Shown piece after piece: positions 19,178-29,269 of a stretch of DNA of 64,000 nt (position 1 is the stretch's first letter; every line of letters begins with the position of its first letter). Source of the stretch: Patescibacteria group bacterium (GTDB lineage: Bacteria; Patescibacteriota; Minisyncoccia; UBA6257; 1-14-0-10-40-38); contig JBBTRX010000002.1 of NCBI GenBank assembly GCA_038064975.1, positions 128,880-192,879 on the forward strand. Direction: 5' to 3'. The translations under genes were made by a program, and so were the position numbers. The notes beneath the pieces were generated by a model. That model made no database searches, was not told the DNA's origin, and saw only the letters and a program-made list of their open reading frames with translations.

Positions 19178-19504
19178 ATGGAGCATGAACCTAAAATATC
19201 TTTCCTAGAGGCATTCTTTTTGATCGCCTATATCGCAATTACAGATATTATTGGAATTCTCTTAGTATTGGTTGGTTTAGACGATTTCTTTATTATTGAC
19301 GCCCTCACCTTTCCTGTTACGCAACTCTACTTTAGAATGAAAGGAGTGCGAGGGACGTGGAGTTTATGGATGAATATCGCAGAGCTCATTCCGTACATTG
19401 GAGCACTCCCCCTAAGAACTATTGGGGTCATCGCTGTCGTATATCTTGATCATCATCCAGAAAAGATGAAAGTGCTTGAAAAAATTACACATTTAAAGAA
19501 ATGA
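19178..19504 (+). CDS. small integral membrane protein, hypothetical
   Basis: 108 aa with 2-3 hydrophobic helices. Confidence 0.4.
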   Translation: MEHEPKISFLEAFFLIAYIAITDIIGILLVLVGLDDFFIIDALTFPVTQLYFRMKGVRGTWSLWMNIAELIPYIGALPLRTIGVIAVVYLDHHPEKMKVLEKITHLKK

Positions 19505-20175
19505 GATCAGTAAAGAAATATAGTATTATCGCCATTGCTCTTACTGTCCTTTTTATTTTTCATAACGTTGAAGCACAGACTGCTCCTGAAGCACTATTAA
19601 GTTGGAGCGCAAATACATCCGCTCCATCCTTCTATCATGCAAAGCGTCTTCCAACACGGGGATCGTCCATACAAGCTCATATTGAACTCATTCATCAAAA
19701 TAAAATAGTTTCTTTGAGCGGCAAAAAAATCACATGGCTTGTTGAGAATCAGCTTTATGCTTCAAAAATAGGGCAGAAGGATTTTAGTTTTGAGATTCCG
19801 ACGGGAGCAGGAGATGCGATCCGAGTAACCGCAGTCATTTTAAATTACAACGGAAAAGATGTGAGAAAGACTATTGAGATTCCCGTCACAAACCCTCGTG
19901 TTTCAATTAACGCACCATTCCCCTTCGGTACTGTATCGGTGTCTCAAATTACACTCAAAGCATTTACCTTCTTTTTCTCTTCCAATAACCTTTCGTATAC
20001 GTGGGAAGTAAATGGAGTCACTCCCACTGAAGGAGCGGGTAATCCTTCCGAACTCAATCTTTCACTTTCTCCTGAAGGGAGCGGAGATATTAGCGTTTCA
20101 CTTTCTGTAAACAATCCACAAAACCCCCTTGAGTTTGGAGATGCTTCCCAACTACTCCGCTATATCCATGAATAA
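19501..20175 (+). CDS. hypothetical secreted protein
   Basis: Signal peptide (IIAIALTVLFIFHNVEA). Confidence 0.4.
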   Translation: MRSVKKYSIIAIALTVLFIFHNVEAQTAPEALLSWSANTSAPSFYHAKRLPTRGSSIQAHIELIHQNKIVSLSGKKITWLVENQLYASKIGQKDFSFEIPTGAGDAIRVTAVILNYNGKDVRKTIEIPVTNPRVSINAPFPFGTVSVSQITLKAFTFFFSSNNLSYTWEVNGVTPTEGAGNPSELNLSLSPEGSGDISVSLSVNNPQNPLEFGDASQLLRYIHE

Positions 20176-20677
20176 AATTCTATATCGTATATTGATCGGA
20201 GTCGCAGTGTATGCCCCATCATTTGCTGTGGCATACGAACTTGTAACGCCAATTGGCGACAAAACATCGGTTTCAAGCCCGGGACAATATATTGAAATCT
20301 TTTATACCTACGGATTGGGCTTTGGAGCGCTCATTGCAGTCGCCATGATTACTTGGGGCGGAGTGGAATATACGGTTTCAGAATCGGTTGGCAGCAAAGA
20401 AGATGCAAAAGACAGAATAACCAACGCTATTCTCGGCCTTGCACTTTTACTTGTTGCAGCCCTTATTTTACAAACCATCAATCCTAATCTTTTAGAATTA
20501 AAGCTTCCAACATTTGAACGACCCTTGATTCAGCCTCGCCCCGAAGAAACATCGCTTTGCGGAACAGAAAATGAACAGTGCTCTCCTCCAAACTCGAATT
20601 TTTTCCTTCCACCAAGCGGACCCAACCTATGGTGTAACGCTAATTGCGAACGAGAGCCTCTAAATAACGATGAATAA
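20168..20677 (+). CDS. putative T4SS pilin-like protein (VirB2/TrbC-like topology)
   Basis: Signal peptide followed by two hydrophobic helices (GFGALIAVAMITWGG; ILGLALLLVAALILQTI) and a Cys-containing tail. Start set at the internal Met. Confidence 0.35.
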   Translation: MNKILYRILIGVAVYAPSFAVAYELVTPIGDKTSVSSPGQYIEIFYTYGLGFGALIAVAMITWGGVEYTVSESVGSKEDAKDRITNAILGLALLLVAALILQTINPNLLELKLPTFERPLIQPRPEETSLCGTENEQCSPPNSNFFLPPSGPNLWCNANCEREPLNNDE

Positions 20678-20686
20678 TAATCATAT

Positions 20687-21763
20687 ATGCGCAGATTTCT
20701 CCTCATTGTTTCAATAATAATAATTATCGTCGTAGGCGGTTTTTTTGGATGGCAATTTTGGAAAAATAGAGCATCTCTCCAAGAGAATACCGTAACTAAT
20801 CTTCCGCCCATAGAGAGTATTTTCACTAAAGAATCGGCAAGTGCTCTTCTAAGCTACGCCACACTTGAGTCAGGCGCTCTATTTGGCGTAAAAGAAAATG
20901 GATCCGTGGTGAGTATGACGGAAAATGGAGAAGAAGAACTTTTCTCCCAAAACCTTAATAATGTAGTGAGTGCCACGTTTTCTCCAACAGGGGCTTACAT
21001 TCTCTTTGAGACGGCGGTAAATGGCCTCACTTCCCTTTCGGTGCTTGATGTTACAAATAAGACATGGAATCCCCTCCCAGGAGCCATATCTCTCGGAGCA
21101 TGGCATCCTAGTCAAGATCGTGTAGCGTACCTTAAAGGATCGCCCTCTCCAGCACTCGTTACTTTTGATATAAAAACGAAAAAAACGGCCGAAGTTATGC
21201 CGTTTTCCCTTCATGACGCAGTTCTCGCATGGAAAACTGCACAAGAAATATATATCACCGGACGACCAGCATCTTCCGTAACACAGGCTGCGTGGAGCGC
21301 CCGTATCGCGGATAAAACCATTCGCAAAATTATTCCCGAAACCCCTGCGCTGGATACGCTATGGAGCAAGGATGGAGTGCGTGCGCTCTTTATGGGAAAA
21401 TCTGGACGGAATCACACGCTCTTCCTAACGAATCTCGCAGAAGAAACCGCCCTAGAAAATTTTGCAAACACGCTTCCTTCAAAGTGTGTGATTGAAGGCA
21501 CTACTGTTTTTTGTGGAATACCCAACAGCATTCCTTCCGGTTCGCTTCTCCCCGATGACTATGAAGCGAGAATGTTTTATACCGAAGACGCGATATTTTC
21601 TTGGGATATTATTTCGGGCACGGTTACTCGCATAGACACGCCGGACATAATCTCCGTAGACGTTTACAAACCTACACTACGAGGTGATCGATTATTTTTC
21701 TTGAATCGTTACGACCGTCTCCTCTACTCTCTTCCGATAAAAGAACTAGAATCTAGTAATTAG
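20687..21763 (+). CDS. membrane-anchored hypothetical protein (possible beta-propeller/TolB-like)
   Basis: N-terminal TM (LLIVSIIIIIVVGGFFGW) followed by a 330-aa soluble domain. Confidence 0.4.
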   Translation: MRRFLLIVSIIIIIVVGGFFGWQFWKNRASLQENTVTNLPPIESIFTKESASALLSYATLESGALFGVKENGSVVSMTENGEEELFSQNLNNVVSATFSPTGAYILFETAVNGLTSLSVLDVTNKTWNPLPGAISLGAWHPSQDRVAYLKGSPSPALVTFDIKTKKTAEVMPFSLHDAVLAWKTAQEIYITGRPASSVTQAAWSARIADKTIRKIIPETPALDTLWSKDGVRALFMGKSGRNHTLFLTNLAEETALENFANTLPSKCVIEGTTVFCGIPNSIPSGSLLPDDYEARMFYTEDAIFSWDIISGTVTRIDTPDIISVDVYKPTLRGDRLFFLNRYDRLLYSLPIKELESSN

Positions 21764-21789
21764 CATCTAGAAATTAGTAGTGCTGAATT

Positions 21790-21935
21790 TATTTTAAAAA
21801 ATTATCGCAACTCAAGCGAGTATTCTTTTTTGAAACTACTCGCATACCTTATGACGCCGTAAAGTGAGTATTCTTTTTCAAAACTACTCGCAGTCGCGAT
21901 AGCGGCGAGGACCTAGTTTTGAAAAAGAATGCGAG
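21790..21935. repeat. Intergenic palindromic repeat family R1 (one partial plus one full copy)
   Basis: The full copy at 21848-21935 is near-identical to 5545-5640. The partial copy at 21790-21847 carries the hairpin gcgagta...tactcgc. Confidence 0.55.
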
Positions 21936-22367
21936 CTACGCTATAGGCCGAATAACAACGCATCGTTCTTTTCCTTCGCCTTCGCTTTCAGTTTTTACGT
22001 CGGGCCGCACTGCAAGCTCTACATGGATGAGACGGCGTTCGTATGCATTCATTGCTGGAAGCCGTATCTCTTTGCTTTCAGTCACCACCTTCCGTGCCGC
22101 GGCTTTCGCGAGCTCCACGATAATCTGTTCGCGATCTTTCCGATAATTATTAATATCTACGTAAAAATAATCCGCACTTTCCTTTTTAGCAAACAACCGA
22201 ACGATGTGCTCAAGATTGCCGACAAGTGTGGGGATCCATTTTTTAATCCACTCCCCTTCGTTTAAAAAAACATCTATCTTTCTATTATCTAAATCAAAAT
22301 GAACCGCCGGATCGCGAAATCCTCCAAATTCAAACAATTTTTTTATCTGGTCCTGAAAGTGATCCAT
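21936..22367 (-). CDS. jag: Jag/KhpB-like RNA-binding protein (R3H domain)
   Basis: C-terminal R3H motif (LPAMNAYERRLIHVELA), and its position after yidC in the rnpA-yidC-jag array. Confidence 0.65.
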   Translation of the reverse strand: MDHFQDQIKKLFEFGGFRDPAVHFDLDNRKIDVFLNEGEWIKKWIPTLVGNLEHIVRLFAKKESADYFYVDINNYRKDREQIIVELAKAAARKVVTESKEIRLPAMNAYERRLIHVELAVRPDVKTESEGEGKERCVVIRPIA

Positions 22368-23064
22368 AGTTAAGAGTCCGATTGATAAGCATCTGCTGGA
22401 ATATAGAAAATGCCGATGTCGCTATCCAGTAGAGGCCGATTGCCGCAGGAAGTGATTGAAGGATTATAACAGTAATTACGGGGCCAATAAAGACCATATT
22501 CCTCGCAATCTTCTCCGCCGGAGAAAGCTCTTTTTTAGGATCGCGCTGCGAAAGTGAGAGCTTACCCTGGATATATTGAGCGACTGCCGCCAAGCCGACG
22601 ATGAGTATATTAGATTCGCTTATATTTATCAAGCCAATAAACATGTCATGAATTGCTTCCGGACGGTGAATAAAACTATATAAACCTTGGAACGCTACTT
22701 CTGAAAATCCTGTTAGAAAAACTTTATAAAGTGCGATGAGAATTGGAAGTTGGAGAAAAAGAAGGAAGAAGCCGGAAAAAGGATTTACGTTGTGAAGCTT
22801 ATAGAGCGCAAGAAGCGCCTGCGCTTGGGACTCACGATTATGCTTGTGATCGTCCTGTATTTTTTTTATTTCCGGCTGAATGCGCTGTAAAATAATTTGA
22901 TTCTTAAAGCTTTTATAGAAAATGGGATAGAGTATTATCCGGATAATTACCGTAAGGAGAATAATCGCAATACCGATGTCTTCTATCGCTACAGTGTTAT
23001 ATAAAAAAACGAGCCCGTTAAAAAGCGGCCGCGTTAAAAATTCATGGAAAAGAGTTGAGATCAT
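22330..23064 (-). CDS. yidC: membrane protein insertase YidC (short form)
   Basis: 244 aa, multi-TM, with conserved YidC/Oxa1 blocks (ILLTVIIRIILYP; NPFSGFFLLFLQLPILIALY). Confidence 0.8.
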   Translation of the reverse strand: MISTLFHEFLTRPLFNGLVFLYNTVAIEDIGIAIILLTVIIRIILYPIFYKSFKNQIILQRIQPEIKKIQDDHKHNRESQAQALLALYKLHNVNPFSGFFLLFLQLPILIALYKVFLTGFSEVAFQGLYSFIHRPEAIHDMFIGLINISESNILIVGLAAVAQYIQGKLSLSQRDPKKELSPAEKIARNMVFIGPVITVIILQSLPAAIGLYWIATSAFSIFQQMLINRTLNYGSLSGPDKKIV

Positions 23065-23067
23065 ACG

Positions 23068-23385
23068 TTAGAGTGTTTTTAATATCTGCCCCAATTCTCC
23101 GTCAACTTCCTCTTGAGTGAGTTTCTCGGACCCAGCAAGCGCAAGAACGATAATATCTAATGGCTCGCTCAAATACAAAAAGGATCGAAGCGATTCATAT
23201 ATTTTTCTTTTCAAAATATTTCTCTCTACTGCCTTCTTAGAAATTTTTTTACTCACAATAACACCGAATTTTGTATCCCCCTCTTTCCGCTCGTACGCTT
23301 TCACTAAAAAATGAGGAAGTTTTTTGGATTTCCCCGGTTTTTTTGGAATTGATTGGATACTCGCCTTCCTTTTCTTGGGTATCAC
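23068..23385 (-). CDS. rnpA: ribonuclease P protein component RnpA
   Basis: 105 aa, basic, with RnpA-like blocks (RNILKRKIYESLR), located between rpmH and yidC. Confidence 0.7.
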   Translation of the reverse strand: MIPKKRKASIQSIPKKPGKSKKLPHFLVKAYERKEGDTKFGVIVSKKISKKAVERNILKRKIYESLRSFLYLSEPLDIIVLALAGSEKLTQEEVDGELGQILKTL

Positions 23386-23397
23386 AAGCGTGCGCGG

Positions 23398-23532
23398 TTA
23401 CACCGTTACCCGAGCTCTTCCCTTTTTCCGCCTCCGTGCAAGCACTTTCTTTCCGCTCGCAGAGCGGGAACGCTTCAAATACCCGTGAGTTCTTGCCCGT
23501 TTGCGCTTTTTTGGCTGATAGGTTCTTGACAT
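23398..23532 (-). CDS. rpmH: 50S ribosomal protein L34
   Basis: Manual minus-strand translation gives [44 protein letters not shown], the canonical L34 sequence. It is not in the >=60-aa ORF track. Confidence 0.85.
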   Translation of the reverse strand: MSRTYQPKKRKRARTHGYLKRSRSASGKKVLARRRKKGRARVTV

Positions 23533-23753
23533 AGATCCTGTTAAGATTTTTTATTTCGTTTTTACTAGACCAATCATACGCCTTTGATGTATTTTTATCA
23601 ATATGAGAGAAAAAAGCTCTTATGATTCCAGGTGTAGATGAGTTGTCCACAGGAAATCCACATGTTCACCACATTTGCGTTTTTGCTTGCTGTCACGAAC
23701 AGGAATACAATGAGTCATAACCTGAAAGGGTTGCAGGAATTCCATCCTGTACA
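23533..23753. promoter_or_regulatory. oriC-type region with three phased DnaA-box-like 9-mers
   Basis: TTGTCCACA (23643-51), AAATCCACA (23654-62) and TTCACCACA (23666-74) lie at 11-bp spacing, in the divergent rpmH/dnaA intergenic region. Confidence 0.5.
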
Positions 23754-25142
23754 ATGCGAGTTACAACAACCCCATCTATGAATCTCGAACAAGTCTGGCA
23801 AAATGCGCTCGCTGAAATAGAATTGCAAATTTCCCGTCCAAATTTCGTTACTTGGTTTACACATAGCCAGCTCATAGAGAAAGAAGCGGGGGTTGCGCTC
23901 GTTGCCTTACCAAATCATTTTTCAAAAGAATGGATAGAGAATAGATATTACAATGTAATCTTGGGAGCGCTCCGGAATCACGACGATTCTACAAAGAAAA
24001 TTGAGTTTATTGTTGCTTCTCACAATGATTCTGCAATAAAAAAGTCTCTTGCAGCGAAAAAAGAGAAAAAAGAAGACTCTGCGGGCCAATTAAGCTTCAC
24101 GGAATTCAAAATTGACCCTGATACCAATCTTAATCCTCGATATACCTTCGAAACATTCGTTGTGGGGAAATCGAACGAGCTTGCCCACGCTGCGGCGCAG
24201 GCAGTTATCACGGAGGTTGGGTCAAAATACAATCCCCTCTTCGTCTATGGGGGCGTGGGGCTCGGTAAGACGCATCTCATGCAAGCCGTCGGCAATGAAA
24301 TTAAACGCGTATATAGTAATAAGTATAAAGTAAAATATGTTTCGTCTGAAAAATTCACGAACGACGTTATTTGGGCAATCCGTAATAAGCGGATGGAAAC
24401 TATTAAAGAGAAATATCGACTTGTTGATGTTTTAATTATTGATGATATTCAGTTCATTGCAGGAAAGCCCGCAACCGAAGAGGAATTCTTCTATACGTTT
24501 AACGCGCTCTATGAGCAAAATAAGCAAATTGTTATTTCTTCCGATCGACCGCCGAAATTCATTCCAACCCTAGAAGATCGTTTAAGTTCAAGATTCCAGG
24601 GGGGTATGCAGGTGGATATCAGCTTCCCCGACTATGAGCTTAGATCGGCTATTGTTCGTACAAAACTGCAGGAAAAAGCGGTGTTATTAGGGGATGAGGT
24701 GATTAACACTATTGCCGAGAAAATACAGAAGAATATAAGGGAATTAGAGGGTATTTTGAATAAAATCATCTTTTATCAGAGTAGAGGTGAAGAAATAACT
24801 CCGAAATTCGCCGAGAAGATAATCAACGAAAGCATCCAAGAACCTACTAAAAACATCAATCCAAATCAGATCCTTAAGGCAGTCGCAGACTTTTATGAGA
24901 TTTCTCCAAACGACCTTATTAATCGCTCCAGAAAGAAAGAAATAGCTGAATCGCGACAGATTGCTATGTATCTCCTCCGCGAAGTATTAAGCCTCTCGTA
25001 TCCGTTTATTGGGAATAAATTAGGAAAGCGCGATCATACAACAGCAATCTATGCGTACGAAAAGATTGCCCAAGAAATGCAAAAGAATCAGAATTTAAAC
25101 CAAAAAATTCTCACAATTAAGGAAATGATTAATAGAGAATAG
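23754..25142 (+). CDS. dnaA: chromosomal replication initiator DnaA (alternative start at 23778, MNLEQVW)
   Basis: AAA+ Walker A GGVGLGKTHL, Walker B LIIDDIQF, and the C-terminal DNA-binding domain (ESRQIAMYLLRE). Confidence 0.9.
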   Translation: MRVTTTPSMNLEQVWQNALAEIELQISRPNFVTWFTHSQLIEKEAGVALVALPNHFSKEWIENRYYNVILGALRNHDDSTKKIEFIVASHNDSAIKKSLAAKKEKKEDSAGQLSFTEFKIDPDTNLNPRYTFETFVVGKSNELAHAAAQAVITEVGSKYNPLFVYGGVGLGKTHLMQAVGNEIKRVYSNKYKVKYVSSEKFTNDVIWAIRNKRMETIKEKYRLVDVLIIDDIQFIAGKPATEEEFFYTFNALYEQNKQIVISSDRPPKFIPTLEDRLSSRFQGGMQVDISFPDYELRSAIVRTKLQEKAVLLGDEVINTIAEKIQKNIRELEGILNKIIFYQSRGEEITPKFAEKIINESIQEPTKNINPNQILKAVADFYEISPNDLINRSRKKEIAESRQIAMYLLREVLSLSYPFIGNKLGKRDHTTAIYAYEKIAQEMQKNQNLNQKILTIKEMINRE

Positions 25143-25338
25143 GCTGTGGAAACAATAAGGATTAAAAGATGAATAATATGTGAATAATCTAGTCATTTAG
25201 AAAACACCTAAAAGTTATACGCTTTCTCTTCCAACATCTCTCACTAACTATCCACAAGCATCCAACCCGAAATTCTCTATACTCTACTTCACTTAAATTC
25301 ACATCATCCACATATTCACTCCCTCTACTGCTACTGCT
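25143..25338. promoter_or_regulatory. dnaA-dnaN intergenic region with DnaA-box-like 9-mers
   Basis: CTATCCACA (25248-56), TCATCCACA (25304-12) and TGTGGAAAC (25145-53). Confidence 0.4.
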
Positions 25339-26454
25339 ATGAAATTAATTATATTAAGAAATAACATAAGAGAAGGGCTCTCTATAATAGAACGGGCTGT
25401 GGGGGACGATGCGAATCTTCCAATACTTAAGAATGTTTTAATTAAAGCCGAGTCGGGAAATAAACTTTCTCTTTCCGCGACAAATCTTGAAATAGGGATT
25501 GATGCGTGGATAACGGGAAAAATTATTGAGGAGGGAAACATAACCGTTCCATTCGCAACACTTCATACTGTTATTGGGAATAGCGATAGCGATAGAATTA
25601 ATATGGAAACGAAAGGCGATAATTTAATGATTAAGACGGATAATTATGACGCGACAATACAAGGCCTTCCTCCTGAAGATTTTCCAATTATTCCAAAAAT
25701 AGAAAATAAAGAACTTTCTATAGAAATCAAAGCTTTTACGTTTAAAGATGCATTACAAGAAATTATTAGTGCGGCACAGATTTCTGAAATACGCCCGGAA
25801 ATAAGTGGTATTTTATTTGATTTCCAACTTACGGCTATTAAACTCGTTGCAACTGATAGCTTCCGCCTTGCTGAGAAAACGTTGTTTAATAATCAATTTC
25901 AAACCAATATTAAGCATGGGTATAAAATTATTATCCCTCTTAAAACAGTTCATGAAGTTATTCGATCATTTAAAGATGATGATATTTTAACGATTCAAAT
26001 TGATCCTCATCAGATTCTTTTTAAGACGCAAGCGCACCAAATTATTTCACGATTAATTAACGGAACATATCCGGATTACGAACAAATTATTCCCAAAGTT
26101 ATCGAAAATGAGATTGTAGTAAATCGTGAAAAACTTTTAAATGCTGTAAAGCTTGTTGGGAATTTTTCCGGAAAATCAAACGATATCCAGATGCGAGTAA
26201 AAAATGGAATAAGCACATTAGAAGTTTTTTCTATCCATCAGCATCTCGGTGAAAATTCCTATCTTATTCCTATTAAAGCAAAAAAAGAAATTAATGAATT
26301 AAGTTTTAATTGGAAATATTTATTTGACGGACTTAAAGCTTTAAAAGGAGAAATTATTATCTTAGGTATTAATGGGGATGCAAAGCCGGCGATATTAAAA
26401 CCACAAGAAGATGCTTCGTATTTCTATCTCGCAATGCCGATTAAATCTACTTAA
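25339..26454 (+). CDS. dnaN: DNA polymerase III beta subunit (sliding clamp)
   Basis: 371 aa immediately after dnaA, with conserved clamp N-terminus (MKLIILRNNIREGLSIIERAV). Confidence 0.85.
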   Translation: MKLIILRNNIREGLSIIERAVGDDANLPILKNVLIKAESGNKLSLSATNLEIGIDAWITGKIIEEGNITVPFATLHTVIGNSDSDRINMETKGDNLMIKTDNYDATIQGLPPEDFPIIPKIENKELSIEIKAFTFKDALQEIISAAQISEIRPEISGILFDFQLTAIKLVATDSFRLAEKTLFNNQFQTNIKHGYKIIIPLKTVHEVIRSFKDDDILTIQIDPHQILFKTQAHQIISRLINGTYPDYEQIIPKVIENEIVVNREKLLNAVKLVGNFSGKSNDIQMRVKNGISTLEVFSIHQHLGENSYLIPIKAKKEINELSFNWKYLFDGLKALKGEIIILGINGDAKPAILKPQEDASYFYLAMPIKST

Positions 26455-28888
26455 AGAGAATAACTTGATCACTAAGTACGGTATTCCCTTCTAGAGTTAT
26501 AGTAATCTTAAGTAGGTTTTGGAGTTCAATGTTTTGAGGAGTAAAGGTATAGGTGAATATGTTTTGTTGAGGTAAAGATCCTGAAACAGAATACACAAGT
26601 TGATTGTTGAAATATAATTCACTTTTTAGAATATTTTTCTGAGTTGTAACTGCGGCCTGTACTGATACTTGGTTTGAAATAAATGATCCAGATTGTGGGC
26701 TCGTTATACTAATACTAGAATCACTGTTTTCTATAAAATTAGTTTCCCCGGTTCCCACAAGTACACTATTAGAAGGTAATGGCTCATTGATATTATTTTT
26801 ATCTCCAGGGTATGAATTGTATATCCATTGCATAACCGGAGCCTCCCAATTCTTAAATTGGGAATCAGTACTCTTCTCTCTTGGTTCTCTCCCTTCCGGA
26901 TTTTCTTTATCTACATAAAAGAGAATGTCGTGTATTTGAGGAAATAGTTTATTTTCTGATTGATATGTAACGACATACTCCCCTTTTAACATAGGTTTAA
27001 GGGTATTTGTACTTAGTGGTTTAGGAAATGATTCTGACGGAACTTTCGTGAATGCGTCGACTGCAAAGGAGTGCCACATCGGCAAGGCAGCGAGAATGCT
27101 TCCTCCCTGTTGTTGCATAGGGGTATTATCGTTATTACCTGCCCAGACGCCAACCACGAGGCCGGGCGTATATCCAATCGTCCATGCGTCGCGATAATCG
27201 TTCGTAGTTCCGGTTTTTAACGCTACATCATGATTAGGAAGTGTTGTAAGAGAAAAACTACTTACAAAAAGTCCGCGCCGTGCGTCAGGATCGGATAATA
27301 TGTCATTTACCATCCGGATGTATTGTTCATCCATTACTCGCGTTTCTTCAGGAGTGAATTTTTCCAATATCTTATTTTTAGTTGAGATTTCAAGAATCAT
27401 ACTTTGCCTTGTTTTTATTCCATTGTGCGCAAAAACAGAATATGCGCCTACGAGATCAATGAGGCGTACTTCCCCGCCTCCCAGGACGAGGGAGAGGCCA
27501 TAGCGGTTATTCTCTGTAAGTGTAGTTAGTCCAAAATCCCGCGCATTATTAAGCGCGTTATTCATTCCTGAAAGATATAATGTTTTTACTGCCGGTACGT
27601 TAATGGATTGGGCAAGCGCTGTACGGAGAGTAACAGGTCCTCGAAAGGTGCCGTCGTAGTTATTCGGCGAATAGCTTTTCTCGGGAACACCCGTCGTGTC
27701 AAATTCTGTAGGCAGATCAAAGACTACTGTACTCGGTGTATATCCTCGCTCAAATGCTGTTGCATAGACTAACGGTTTAATCGCTGATCCTGGTTGGCGG
27801 AGACCTTGTATAGCAACATTAAAATTTCCATCATTATCTACATCAAAATAATTTCTAGATCCTACAAGCGCTAAAATTTCTCCTGTTTTAGGATCTTGAG
27901 CAACTAGAGCCCCGTTTTTTCCTTGATACAAATCCTCATTCCGTTTTACCCCCTCCTCAATGACGCGCTCAGCGGTTTGTTGAAGGTCCCAATCAAGAGT
28001 GGTAATGACTTTGAGCCCGTTTACGCGCACGAAATCCTCGCCGTAAGTTTTATTAAGATACTCCTGAACGGTGATAACGAAGTGTGGCGCTTTAATACCG
28101 AGCGATGGTTTTTTAAACGCAAGTACTTCTACCTGGGCGTCGCGAGCTTCTTCTTGAGTTATAAAACCAAGCTGTGCCATGCGATCTAAAACGGTATTTT
28201 TCCGTTCAGTGAGATCGTCAATATGAGAGCCCCATGGAGAATAATACGAGGGAGCTTGAGGAAGACTTACGAGGAGTGCTATTTCCGCAAGCGTAAGATT
28301 TTCCACGTCTTTTTCAAAGAAAGTCTGACTCGCTGCCTGGATTCCATATGCATTAGATCCATAGGGGATTTGGTTGAGATAGGATGCAAGAATCTGGTCT
28401 TTGGTAAAACGCTTTTCTAAACGGATGGCAAGAAATAACTCTTTTATTTTTCTTGTAATAATTTTGTCGTCAGAGAGAAAGGCCTTTTTTGCGAGCTGTT
28501 GAGTTATGGTTGAACCGCCCTGTGCGAATCTTCCTTCTTTAATATTAACGAAAAAAGCTCGGATGATTGATGATACATCAATTGCGCCGTGTTCATAAAA
28601 GCCAGCATCTTCAATGGCTATAGTGGCTTGTTTGATGTGTTCCGGAATCCTAGCAGAAGGGATGATTGTTCTCCGTTCTTCCCCGTGAATTTCATAGAGG
28701 AGAACTTCTCCTGTTCGATCATATATTTTTGTTGATTCCGCGATAATCCTGTTTTCTAAAAGATCTGGTGAGGGTAAGGAGATATAAAGGATGCCTATCC
28801 AGAGAACAACGCCGAGAGCAAAAACCCCGGCGATGCCAGTTGTTGAGAGGAGAAACTTTTTTACTTCTTTACGTGAAGGGCGTCTCAT
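26447..28888 (-). CDS. class A penicillin-binding protein (transglycosylase/transpeptidase, PBP1A-type)
   Basis: GT51 motifs (EDAGFYEHGAID; RFAQGGSTITQQLAK), and transpeptidase SxxK/KTG (GSAIKP; KTGTTND). Start set at the internal Met MRRPSRK; the ORF extends to 28930. Confidence 0.8.
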   Translation of the reverse strand: MRRPSRKEVKKFLLSTTGIAGVFALGVVLWIGILYISLPSPDLLENRIIAESTKIYDRTGEVLLYEIHGEERRTIIPSARIPEHIKQATIAIEDAGFYEHGAIDVSSIIRAFFVNIKEGRFAQGGSTITQQLAKKAFLSDDKIITRKIKELFLAIRLEKRFTKDQILASYLNQIPYGSNAYGIQAASQTFFEKDVENLTLAEIALLVSLPQAPSYYSPWGSHIDDLTERKNTVLDRMAQLGFITQEEARDAQVEVLAFKKPSLGIKAPHFVITVQEYLNKTYGEDFVRVNGLKVITTLDWDLQQTAERVIEEGVKRNEDLYQGKNGALVAQDPKTGEILALVGSRNYFDVDNDGNFNVAIQGLRQPGSAIKPLVYATAFERGYTPSTVVFDLPTEFDTTGVPEKSYSPNNYDGTFRGPVTLRTALAQSINVPAVKTLYLSGMNNALNNARDFGLTTLTENNRYGLSLVLGGGEVRLIDLVGAYSVFAHNGIKTRQSMILEISTKNKILEKFTPEETRVMDEQYIRMVNDILSDPDARRGLFVSSFSLTTLPNHDVALKTGTTNDYRDAWTIGYTPGLVVGVWAGNNDNTPMQQQGGSILAALPMWHSFAVDAFTKVPSESFPKPLSTNTLKPMLKGEYVVTYQSENKLFPQIHDILFYVDKENPEGREPREKSTDSQFKNWEAPVMQWIYNSYPGDKNNINEPLPSNSVLVGTGETNFIENSDSSISITSPQSGSFISNQVSVQAAVTTQKNILKSELYFNNQLVYSVSGSLPQQNIFTYTFTPQNIELQNLLKITITLEGNTVLSDQVILFK

Positions 28889-28980
28889 TGAAATACTCAA
28901 CATATTAAACCAGAAATTGTAACAAAGCAAAACCCCCAGAGAGCTGGGGGCGCTGCATATATACTGGAGAAACTTAGCTT

Positions 28981-29181
28981 CTAATACTCCGGATCGTTTA
29001 ATCCTAATCCTAATCCATCCTCTTTTTCCTCTTCTTCATCAAGATCTTCTCCGAGTTCTCCTTCTTCGTCCTCCTCTTCCTCGTCTGCATCTTCATCTAA
29101 ATCGTCATCATCTGCCATCTTGAGCGTTTCGTCTAAGACGAGTTCTTCTCCCAAGAGGCGGCGTTGTAATACTTTTTCCAT
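28981..29181 (-). CDS. hypothetical highly acidic small protein
   Basis: 66-aa ORF dominated by D/E runs, between ruvC and PBP1A on the same strand. Could be a non-coding low-complexity frame. Confidence 0.3.
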   Translation of the reverse strand: MEKVLQRRLLGEELVLDETLKMADDDDLDEDADEEEEDEEGELGEDLDEEEEKEDGLGLGLNDPEY

Positions 29182-29269
29182 GGTGTCTGCAAGGTGTAAA
29201 CGACCTTTTGTTTTTATTATTCAACTCATTATAGAAATGTATTTTCCTTTGTCAATTGTGAACAGGTAT

